In this document: positions 13,452 to 24,321 of the stretch, in pieces
How positions within the stretch are numbered: position 1 is the stretch's first letter
Layout: every line of letters begins with the position of its first letter
Origin: Trichosphaerium sp. ATCC 40318
Taxonomy: Eukaryota > Protista > Tubulinea
Direction: 5' to 3'
DNA length: 64,000 nt
Assembly (NCBI GenBank): GCA_038496445.1
Contig: JALMLS010000228.1
Coordinates: 310,001-374,000 of the forward strand
Translations under genes and position numbers: made by a program
The notes under the pieces: generated by a model
Seen by the model: the letters and a program-made list of their open reading frames with translations, nothing else
Databases searched by the model: none
Told to the model about the DNA's origin: nothing

Positions 13452-14812
13452 ATGGCGAATTCATGGCGAGAAACAGCGTTTAGTAACATAGCCTTCTAGT
13501 ACATTTTAACGGAATCTAAATGTCGTGTGGTGGCGTACCAATCGCGTATTCCAGCCGCATAAATAGTTCTACAGCCCCACCCCGCGGACAAAGTAATCTA
13601 TACAACAAGGTGGCGTTATAGCAGGCTCTAAACCGTTTCACTAACAAATTCTAGGTTGTAATTAATTTATCGGCCAGAGAATCAGTATGGATGAAAAAAA
13701 CAGGCGCGTTGAGTCTGTTAAAAAAGAATCCAGCCGTGCGTTATCGTTTTTGTAAAATATTTTTTTCCTAAAACATCTGAATCGGTTTGTAGGTTTTCAC
13801 ATACTACAATACACTAGCTCTACCTGATAATATTGATACTAAAATCCGAAACGACATTCACAGGACATTTCATCATTTTAATAAAACAAAGTACGTTGTA
13901 CACAACTCAACCCCTTGTGTACACACTACAGTGCGTTGTAATTAACACAGCTAAGACAGGAAGGACTATATCAAGTTCTAAGAGCGTATGCTCACTTCAA
14001 TCCTGATGTAGGTATGTTAAAGCCTCATTTATGAACGTCTGTGTTGAATTCATCGTTAGGATATTGTCAAGGGATGAATTTCATCGCTGGTGTAATTCTA
14101 GAGAACCTGCCACCTGAGAAGTGCTTCTGGGTGTTTCTTCAATTTATGAGGTACGCTTTTAATTGCTTACAACCGTCTTGAAGTAATATTTCTGATAGAA
14201 AACTTGGATTGGCGTCGTTATTTATGCCTGGTTTACCAGGTACGCCAAATACTATCTATATACGTTAAAGAGATTGTGTTAACGCTATACAATAGGTCTT
14301 GAAGAGAAATTAAGGGCTTTTAAGATAGTTCAAGGACGATTTTTGCCTAAACTTCTTGAACATTTTGTGCGTATTTTTTCAAGTGTTTTTCTTCACAACA
14401 GTCGGTTTAACACGTAGACTTTTAGGAAGGTTTAGGCCTAGAGGGTCTAGTTTTTGCGAATAAGTGGTTTTTAACGCTATTCGGATGTAAATATGATATA
14501 GTAACACTCACAAAGTTTTTTGATGCGTTTTTGGTTTTTGGGTGGAATTCCATGTATGCGCTATCTCTGGCTATCTTACAACATAAACAAACGTGCGTCG
14601 CGTTTATTACAAGTGTTGTCGGCTGATTTTTAACTTCAGAGAGCTCTTACAGTGTGATAACATTGGTGATGCATTTGTACGTTGGTAGCTAGCGCTACAC
14701 GCATATTTTTGACACATTGTAGGTATTGTTAGAGACAGCTCCGTCTGAACTTCCATTCATTAAGATTACTACACTCGCCTCTACGTTTTTAGCTAATATG
14801 GAACCCAACTGA
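13452..14812 (+). CDS. Rab-GAP TBC domain protein, multi-exon
   Basis: IDTKIRNDIHRTF, LYQVLRAYAHFNPDV|GYCQGMNFIAG, PPEKCFW, LFMPGLP, KWFLTLFG, FFDAFLVFGW. Confidence 0.88.
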
Positions 14813-14876
14813 CCTGTATTAAATTAATGTTTATAACCAATACTCTTTTGTTTGATTATCTCAATGATTTGCAGTC

Positions 14877-16121
14877 ATGTTCATGAACAAAACAAGATAT
14901 TGCCTACTTTTACGACTCTCCATGCAACAACTAGTCATTCTAAGAGCCATGCAAGAGGTGAGTAAATCGCTACATGATGTACAATATTACTGGGTGAGAC
15001 TAACAGCTAGACGGCTGTCCCTTTCTTTGGAAATATTTTGGCAATTTCAACTACTCTGTTAATTTGGGTTGCAAAAAAACAAAAAGGTCAAACTTGGCCT
15101 GTAGTTCTACTTAAAGAATTGATGAAGCGCAAAAGAACACAAACTGATTCAACCCGTAAGTACCCTCTTTGAAGTCTCCTTGAGCGTTCTTATCTTTAAT
15201 GGCAGTTTCGTAGACTCACAAATACAAGCTCCCAAAAAAAGTAAGACACAACTGCAGTATGAACTTTCGTATTTTTTTCTTAGCCTTTGCTCAAGTTTCT
15301 TAGGCACTACTTACTGTTTTATATGTGTACCAATCCAAAGTAAGTGTATGATGGGTATTCTATCCAACATGCCACGTTTTATTTATTGAGCTGATGTGGA
15401 ACGAGGTTGAGAAAAAACACACGTTTATTGAGTCTCCAGAGTTCGCATACAATGCAGCTGGCTCAGAAGGAACTAGGCTTATAAATTGGTTCCTGAGTTC
15501 AACACCTGAAGAACTTGGTTGGTCGTCAGATTTAGCGATAACCATAGAAGATATATGATTCTTCCAACTAGAGTTTTGGGAACTGGGGCTGCATTGAAGG
15601 CATTACCAAGTTTGTACGTTTTTAATCTCAAACTTTTTTGACATGCTATTAGATTAAGTCTGGTATGACAACTGGTGGAAGAAAGTACATTATCACGTGG
15701 CCTGTTGGTGATAAAGTTCTTACCTCTTCTAATTTGCCTTGTTTTTGTGACGTTGTTAGCACACTGGAGTCAATACATAACGCTGGGTATGTGTAATATC
15801 AGACATTTAGTTGTACTTTTTTTGTGTTAATCTTTCGTTTAAGGGATATCAGCCCATCAAGCATTGTCATTCAGAGAGAAAGATTCATACTAATTGCTCA
15901 CGGAACAGTGATACCTATCAACACTAAAACAAAGTTCCAAGGTTCCGTGTTATTCTACATATTGCGAGGAACAGCAAGACTTCAAGAACTTGGTGAATGA
16001 ATGGAAGAAACTTCTTAACATAGCTACGTTAAAACGTGCTGTAAAGATGTGCAAAGAATGTGACTATGAAGCGTTGAGAATGTACTACATAGAAGAACAG
16101 GGATTGGTTGAAATGGAATAG
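14877..16121 (+). pseudogene. Degenerate protein kinase (FunK1/Crinkler-kinase-like) with broken frames
   Basis: VVSTLESIHNAG..DISPSSIVI..FILIAHG..FQGSVLF mimics the HRDISPxN / LIDFG / F.GT motifs but catalytic residues are lost; frameshift near 15955 into ..LVNEWKKLL..CKECDYEAL; in-frame stops near 15556. Confidence 0.45.
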
Positions 16122-16435
16122 TTAACAATTTGCTTAACAATAACCACTAAATAAATACCTTCCTTTGTAACTTTAGCTGTGTCTATGGCACTAGCCATTC
16201 CAGAACCCTTACAATATCCACATTTTAGCAGTGTAGCTGCCAACGCGCCAATACCAAGGGCGTATACGTATTCGGCACCACAATAACTACCGCTTCTATT
16301 TCCAGTTCTTCCGCCTTGTGCGCCTTGGCTACGCAGGCTTTCTCTAAAATTGCAAGATATTCATAGTAGTTACTACAAGGAAAAAGTTGTATCCACCGCG
16401 GTATAATAGTGAGCAAGCGTTAATCGACTTTCGGC

Positions 16436-16605
16436 AAACCACATATCTGGATATCTAGATATTTTCGAGGATAAAAAAAAATCTAGATATCCAGATATGT
16501 GGTTTTAGTATGTCTTAAAATGGTGTGCTCTACGATGCCTTGAAATATATCTAGTTTTTATTGACCCTTCCTTTTCTCAAAACTAGATATCTAGATATCT
16601 AGATA
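16436..16605. repeat. Foldback cluster: perfect 25-bp inverted repeat, 12-bp inverted repeat and tandem CTAGATAT units
   Basis: aaaccacatatctggatatctagat (16436-16460) / atctagatatccagatatgtggttt (16481-16505); atatctagtttt (16547-16558) / aaaactagatat (16579-16590); about 3 tandem ctagatat at 16583-16605. Confidence 0.9.
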
Positions 16606-17497
16606 ATCACAACATCTCTGAAACAATTCTTGCTGTTATAACTACACTGTGGTGCTGTGCGGAGTGTTTGAGGTTAGCACGAACTCCGACTTGTTTGTTT
16701 TTTTAATTCTAGCGGGACAAAGTATCACGTGGGTTAAACAAACAGAAGGCTTCCAATCAATTATCATTTTTTCCACATGTGTTTACCGTTTTAAGGTTTT
16801 AGAGGTATTTCGCACCAACATCATAGTATGTCATAAGAAACGCAAAACTGGCCGCCGCTTTTTGCGTGTGAAGTATTTCTTTTTTGATACAAAACAAAAA
16901 AGTGACTTTTTCATTCTCGTGGTATTCATAGTCTTTTGTTTGCGTATGCTGTTCCGCATGTCATAAAGCGAATGTTCGCATATGTGTACAGTAAGTGAGT
17001 CATTCTTAAAGCAGCTGTATTGTGCCTTGTCAACATGCAATCAACTGAACATATGAGAGAATGGTAGCGGTGATATGAAAAGATTTATGGTTCAGGACAT
17101 TACCACACCGTTGTTGGTGCCACTTAAGCAAAGTACAACCAGACACATAAAGGAAAACGACTTGCGGGTTTTCTAGCGCTATTTATTGGTTTTGTGTCAC
17201 TGTGTCAACAACAGGGTTTCAAACACTGATACACCCAAAACTACTTGTTAGCATTTTCTAGCGCTACTGAACACTTTTGCTAGCGAACCAAAGAAGTACA
17301 CAGTTCGCTAGCTCTCTTCCTTTTTAAAGGAATTTATTTTCATTCAACACAAAAAGCATTCGCAGCAGCTCTTCACTTGCAAATCTTTTAAGTACGTCAA
17401 TTGAAACTATATCAAAGCTTATTTTTGGATGTTTTTACCATCTTGTGTTTCTGATCACGTGATACTAAAAACGTCACTAAATTGTTTCTTTTTTAGA

Positions 17498-20400
17498 ATG
17501 CGCGCTTGTTTACTACTTTGCGCGCTCTTGGTTATGGTAGCCATGGTAAACGGTGCCTCAAGGCCTACTGAGTCCGTACCTAACTGTGATGCTGCTTCTC
17601 CTGACTGGGGATGTCCTCCTGGTGATTACAGAGTATTCGGAAACGGTAGAGTCGACAGACTCACTTGTAGAAAGCAACCAGAGCCTCGTATGTCTTGGGC
17701 CACAAAAGTAGTTCGCAGCAATGCCTACAGCACTTGGGCTGGTAACGAAGACGATAAAAAGCGCGAATACGTTCCTGACATGGTCATGGACATAAGTATT
17801 CGTGTCAACAACTACGCTTTCAAATACCGCGGTATTCTCATCTATGCTCAAGATGCGGGTGGTAACAGAGTTGGTGAATGGCTTCTACCAGATGAAACGA
17901 ATCGTAAGCGTACCAGAAAAAGTTCTTTTCATTTTCTGAAAACTAATGTGATTCATGACCTTTTTGGCTTTTTTTGTTGTGGTTTATTTTCTGACTCTTT
18001 TGTAGCATTCTTTCAATTGCCTTGGCCTAATACACACGTGTGTCGCCAAAGTATTACACACAACAGCGCTGAAATCAAGCCTCTTAAGTCAACATGGAAG
18101 TGGAAGGCTCCGGCAAGAGGAACAGGAGCAGTAACTTTTCACTGTTTGATTAAGCAAGGTGATGCCAATACTGGCGCCTTTTATTGGCCAAACAACGGTG
18201 GCGCTGGTCCACTCAAACTCACAGAATCAAGAAGCGGTAAACCACGTCAAACATGGTTTCAATCCAACGTAAGCGTTTTTCTTTTTACTTTTTCTTTTTT
18301 AAATGTTGTTCCCTCACTAATGTTTCTTCTTAGAGAGGTCAATCTTGTACTGATAGATGTGCTGAAGAGAATCTCCAATGTGATGTCGTCCATATGGAGC
18401 GTGTTAACAGCCCAACGAGAATCGAACAGCTCATTATTCCACAAAGTTTCCCTTGCAAACTTCCATATGTCAGCGGATGTAGCAACAAAGGAGCTACAAT
18501 GGGCACTGATGGCCTTTGCTATTTTGACGATACAAGATGTGCATCACAAGGACGTAATACAGGAAGAGTTACCTGTGACTCCAGAAGCGGTGATACAAGA
18601 ATCGGGTATGCTACACTCAAAGTCAAACCGTTTTGCTTTTTTTAAATTCGGGTTTCTTTGAACTTACCTTCTTTGTTAGACTTCGTATGTGCAAATGTCT
18701 TGCAAATACTCTTCCACCTGCCAACCCAGGCAATACTGTTATTGCCGCAAGAGGTGCAACCTCACCTGCAACAAAATCGACAACATCATTCTTGTTCATG
18801 GCTCTCTCTGTCCTCGGTTTGACAATGCGTTCTTCTGGAAAAATGACAACTTCAGTTGTCTTGGCTCTCTTCCTCATTGCTTTGGTTTCCTTCCCTACCA
18901 CTCAAGCTCACAACTGGCAATTTGGAATTGGTAGAAGCGCAGATATTGCTAGTACCCAAACACCATGTCCATCCAGAAGCCAAGCTTCTCCTCACGTTCA
19001 AGTCGGTCCAGGACAACGTTTTGAAATTGAGTGGGCTGTTGGTCATACACACCCTTCATACTACGTTATCGTCAAAGCAGAAGATGAACCAAGACTCAGA
19101 GAAGTTACTTTTGACTCCATGGAGACGTACCTCAATGAAGCATCAAATGGAGACTGCCAAAACTTGCCTGTATACCACAGACAATTCAGAGCTCGTGATG
19201 CTGGTTTTAATGCTTTCTTACAATACTACAGCGGAGCGATCCCTAAAACCTCTCCAAATTTCATCCCCAGACCAGAAGCCTTCGGTGTTTGGGCAGATGA
19301 TGCTACATTGTTCGGATACAAGGACAACCTAGAAGTAAGAAACTACTGCGAATACAGAAATAGCAAGATGCCTTTCGTTAGAGGTATATTCAAGTTTGAA
19401 CATTTTGCACACAGAGCTCAAGACGCCGACATGGTCAGACTTCGAGTTCCTGCCGGATCTGAGTTTGGTGCTTATGTTGTACAATGGCTATGGAGAGGAT
19501 ACAGAGATTGTATTGACCTTGACTACGTCAACAGACAAGTTAAAGATATCTATGGTCTACCAAACCCTGATGGTGGTTTCACGTACGTTCACTTTTCTTG
19601 TTTTTTCTCTTCACATGTGTTTTCTCACGTGCCAATTCTTTTTTTTAATACTAATTTATCACATTAATTAACTTGATTTTTAGTCGTATTGATCACTGTT
19701 ATTTCCCTGATCTCCGTGAAGTTTTTGGTAAGTTGTTTTTACTTAATAACTGCGTTGCATGTACTTCTTACTAACATGCTCATGTAGATTGTCACAGAAT
19801 TTACAACGATGCTAGTGTTTGCGCTAGACAATGTGAACAGAGACAAGGTGGATGTGAAGGATATATTGTCATGCCTCGATTCCCTGAAGCAAACCAATAC
19901 AACGGGCAAGCTAATCTCCTTCCTCAGCTTTGCAAAGATGTTGTAGTCAACATCGGCGCTGACTGGCAAACATCTGACGTTTGCTTTACTGTCCGTGCTC
20001 GTTTGGCTTCCGAAACCTTCGGTCTAACAGAAATCGTACATGCCGGAGATCCAGCCTACCACTCGACATGTTATTTGAAGGGATCAGGACGTCTATTTAC
20101 CGACTTTGAAATCCCACCTCTACATCAAGATATCCCATGGAGACACGGAGATGAGTGCATTTCTTGTGATGCTGCGAACCTTAACAAAAACATCACACGT
20201 ATTCCTAAATGGCCTATGACAAACGACTGTAGAAACTGCGACTTGGAACCAAAGACTGATACACCTCCATTCAATCCACCTCAACTCATCCTCAAACAAG
20301 CCGGCATGTTCTGTGACGGTTTCTACGGATTCTGGTTCAACCTTGGAGGTGGCGTAAGACACCACACATGCAACAACGGTGCTGAAGGTACATGCCATAA

Positions 20401-20662
20401 AGAAGTACTCATTAGAGGACGTATTGCCAACTGGAATCAATGGCATTTCCCTGGAGAATGTGCAGCTGCCGCTTCACTAGATCCAGAGTGTTCTGATGAT
20501 ATCTACACTCTAGACTTGACATTTCTCACATACAGAGACCAAATGGCAGTTAGATGTTGGTGTATTCGAAAACAAAGCTGTTGTAATGGGTGCAGACCAA
20601 CAGATCCTGGAACTGACTCTCACATGTGGAATATATGGACACTTGATCGTGGTACATCATAA
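17498..20662 (+). CDS. Secreted multidomain protein: signal peptide - reeler domain - Cys-rich module - hydrophobic anchor - internal signal peptide - LPMO-like His-brace domain - Cys-rich C-terminus
   Basis: SP MRACLLLCALLVMVAMVNG; reeler motifs EYVPD..ISIRV..FKYRGILIYAQD..RVGEW, SITHNSAEIK..WKWKAP..GTGAVTFH; GQSCTDRC..C..RMCKC module; MTTSVVLALFLIALVSFPTTQA|HNW...EIEWAVGHTH...YVVQWLWRGYRDCID; five GT-AG introns, upstream three checked for frame. Confidence 0.8.
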
Positions 20663-20839
20663 ATAACAAATAGTCAAGCATACTTTTTTTTAAATACAAT
20701 AATAAATAAAATAATCTAATATCTCATCCCTCAAAACGTCTCAGTTATCACACATTAAGTTTTTGAAATAAAAAAATTGTTTGTAATATAGCGAGTTATT
20801 AAGTTAAGACAGTCACGTGTGTTGGTTGACAATCAAGTT

Positions 20840-22679
20840 TTATTGTTGAGCGGTTTGTGATTTTTTTTTGGATTCTTCCCATTTACTTATAATATCTCTA
20901 TTTGAATAGTACCTAGAAGCAAATCTCCATACAACACCCCAAGCACCTAAGAATATAATACTTCTACTAGCATCTAAAAACTGGTCAGAAAATACTCAAA
21001 AAAGAAAATTTATTACGTGAAACAAAACAACCTATACTTACGGTATGATGCTTTACGAATTCTGGGTACAAGCCATTTCGCTACTGTTTCTGCTTCTTCT
21101 GATAAACAGTTAAGTATCTTTCTCTTCATAGGTGTTAGATCTGTGGCGCCTAATAATAGATCTGTAGCAACCATGCCAGGCTGACATATATGTAATTTTA
21201 TTTTGCTGTATTTATCTATTTATTGCAAAAATAGAGTCAGTACATGTTTTGCTGTACGAAGAAACATTCATGAAAGATGCGTACCTCCAGCTTTCTTTAG
21301 CTCTTTGTTTAACGTCTTAATCATTTGTCCATAGGGAGCTATAGAGAATGAGAAATTAAGAAAAATTAATAAATAAATAAATAAAATTAGGGTATCCATT
21401 ACCTTTTGAAGCTCCGTATGATGCGAAAGAAGGTGTGCTCATGTCTAATACAACTCATTAGATAAAATCGTGTTATAATATCAAAGGGTAATCAAGTTAC
21501 TTACATTTAGATGTAGGACCACCAGCGCCATCCATAAGAAAGATATTTCCGCCATTTGGTTGCTTAGCCATTAAATTAATAGCAACTTGAGTACCATAAA
21601 TAGCACCTAAAATACCACATTAAGATGCTTACACTCTCTTACCACTCAATGTGCTACCCAAAAGTTGCAGTTAACCCCAACAGCAAACTTAATCGGGTAG
21701 TTTGGAGTTGAGATGTTTGAAAAAAAAGTAAATCCATAAAAATATTTTTAACTTCAATGTTACAGTGTTCTCTTTAAAATGTTGTGTTACATACCAAGTA
21801 AATTTGTTTCAATAACCGAACGTATATCGTTGCTATCAGAAACTTCCCAAATTGGTTTCCTTGTTGATTGAGTCTTACCTGCATTATTAATCCAAATATC
21901 TATCGAACCTAGAAAAAAAAGAGAAAAGTAAGTTAAAAAAAACCCAACTAAATCTTTGCGAGAAATACACGTAAATCACCAACTACGCGTGGACATTGAG
22001 TCCGCGCGTAGCTATCAATTAGAGGCAGTTTTTCCAAAAAAAAAAGTACAAGAATAAAACATCAACCGCTGGCACGTGCTGACTATAATAGTAAAACTGA
22101 GTCTTTTTTTTTTACCTAGTTCTTGTTGTGCCCATTCACCAAAGTTTTTGAGTTCTTCAGCGTTCGTAACGTCACATGCTCTTCCAATAATGTTTACATT
22201 TTCAAAATCTTTGTTTAGTGTACTAACAGCGTTATCAACCTTTTGCTGAGATCTAGACATTATAACGACGTTATCACCCAAGTTTGCAAACTCGTGAGCC
22301 AGCGCATAGCCCAAACCTAAAAGGTTTGTTAACGGACAATCAATTTTGCGAACAAGAATCTAGTATATGAACAGTTGGGGCAGTGAAAGCGCGTAATAGC
22401 GTATTAAAGCGGAGAATAAATAAGAGGAAAGGATAATTATTTTATAGCGTTTGATAGACGCTGTAGAATGTATTTTAGTTCAGTTTAGCGAATGCAGGAA
22501 CGTTTAAAGCAAGTTTAGACAGAGAAAGCGTTAGTACCAGCAGAACTTCCCGTTATTACTACGTTGCGGTTATTTCTCGTGTAGTCTACGCTACTACAGA
22601 ATAAAAACCTGTAACCCAAATAAACAGCAGCAGCTGAAACACCGGCGATCAAAGCTGTGGAAAGGTTGTCTTTGTTCAT
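20840..22679 (-). CDS. Short-chain dehydrogenase/reductase, chlorophyll(ide) b reductase NOL/NYC1-like, N-terminal membrane anchor
   Basis: NVVITGSSAG|LGYALAHEF..GDNVVIMSRS, IDIWINNAG, GNIFLMDGAG, TPSFASYGASK, QPGMVATDLLL, LSEEAETVAKWLVPRIR. Confidence 0.85.
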
Positions 22680-22900
22680 GTTAGTGACAGTATGTACTAA
22701 AAAACAGTTAAGACAAGCCTTGAAATTGGTGGTATCTTTCACGTGCCACTCGTTTGTTGCTTGGACTATGACTTTGTCTTATTGGGAAACGCCATTGGGA
22801 GTTTGGAACGACTTGTTTGTAGTTGTTTTCTCCACGGTAAGTCACTGTACGTTATAGTTGGTTGTCCATGACTAAACGCGGCGACTATACCTATTCCTTG

Positions 22901-24004
22901 ATGTCCTACACGCTCACTACACTACCTACGGAGATTGTATGCGCCATTCTGACTGAAACGGGCGCGAGCGCCTTTGTAGCAGCTCAAACTTGCGTATTAT
23001 TCGCAGATATTATCCACGGTGTTATTGGCTACCCTCGAGCTCGTCTCAGGACAAAGGAAGACGCCACCACCTTTAGTAAATACAAAGGGTGCATGAAAAA
23101 CACGCTAGTAACTATGTACAACGTTAAAGTCGATCTACGTCCTTTCGCTGGTATACGCTCTATAGTACTAGACCAATCAACTGTTATGCACCTCTGCGCT
23201 TTAAAAGGTGTACACAGCATTACTCTAAGGTATTGCACGGGCTACAAGTCAACTGACTTACAATCTCTATCTGGCGCACATAGCATAAGCCTCATAGGTT
23301 GTGATTTCACGGATATGGATGAAGTGTGTAAATCATTTGTTGGAATCCACACTTTAGATTTGCAGCAATCAAATGTTACAGATAAAGGTGTTAAACTATT
23401 GGCTGGTGTTCATACAATTGACCTTTCTAACACTGCTGTGACAGATGAAGGTATTAAAGCATTAGCTGGTGTTCATTCTATTAACGTGGATTATACCCGT
23501 GTTACAGATGAGGGTATTAAAGCGCTCAAGGGAGTACACAATATTACTGTAAGTGAGTGGGTTACTGATGATGGTTTAAAGGCACTTAAAGGGGTTCATA
23601 CTATTAATTTAAGTAGTAATAATAACATATCAGATGAAGGGGTTTGTGAATTATCTGGTGTGTATAGTATAAACCTTAGAGACACTGATATAACAGATAA
23701 ATGCTTAAAGTCACTTTCAGGAGTACATACGATTAATCTAATGTCATGTGATGTAAGCAATGAAGGTATTCTACAATTATGTGGCGGTTATTCGTTTTGT
23801 CTAGCTTATATTGGTGATCTCAACAATGATACGTTAGTACAACTAGCACGATCAGGTATGAGAGACGTTTGTGTTGGTAGATACTATGAAATGTCGGCAG
23901 AGTGTGTAAACGCTTTAGCTAGTTTCAATGTTAATGTTCGAAGAGCACGTGGAGTGAGGAGATCAACAAATGGACCTGCGCCTCGAAAAACCGTTGTTAA
24001 GTAG
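22901..24004 (+). CDS. Intronless F-box + leucine-rich repeat protein (alternative ATG at 22868)
   Basis: LTTLPTEIVCAIL F-box; about 22-aa repeats LAGVHTIDLSNTAVTDEGIKA / LKGVHTINLSSNNNISDEG. Confidence 0.88.
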   Translation: MSYTLTTLPTEIVCAILTETGASAFVAAQTCVLFADIIHGVIGYPRARLRTKEDATTFSKYKGCMKNTLVTMYNVKVDLRPFAGIRSIVLDQSTVMHLCALKGVHSITLRYCTGYKSTDLQSLSGAHSISLIGCDFTDMDEVCKSFVGIHTLDLQQSNVTDKGVKLLAGVHTIDLSNTAVTDEGIKALAGVHSINVDYTRVTDEGIKALKGVHNITVSEWVTDDGLKALKGVHTINLSSNNNISDEGVCELSGVYSINLRDTDITDKCLKSLSGVHTINLMSCDVSNEGILQLCGGYSFCLAYIGDLNNDTLVQLARSGMRDVCVGRYYEMSAECVNALASFNVNVRRARGVRRSTNGPAPRKTVVK

Positions 24005-24321
24005 AGATTATTGAAAATTAAAAACATTTACAACTACCATAGTTATATCGCTTGTGTACTGCAAGAAAAGTTCATTATACATTACATCCAATCAACAGAG
24101 TAGGATAAAAGGGTAACAAACCTGTTATCTTAATTATACTGCAAGCGAATGATAACAATTACACGAGAAATTACCGACAATTTTGATGTTCATTTTCTTA
24201 TTATTTTCTGACACTCATTTTGACACATGTATTTTGCAATAGCCAAAATTTGGCAAGCGTAAACTATTACTGTGATCTCATACAAAATTTATTTCATATA
24301 TAATTGTTTTGCCAGCATCAA

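Noticed and set aside
15550-16010. TGA recoding (selenocysteine or alternative genetic code)
   Set aside because: TGA ends normal genes in the window (TBC, AlkB, F-box) and conserved Trp residues use TGG; the stops here come with frameshifts, which fits pseudogenisation
17279-17312. 10-bp inverted repeat gctagcgaac/gttcgctagc upstream of the reeler-LPMO gene
   Set aside because: Short, single occurrence; cannot be distinguished from chance or a simple promoter element
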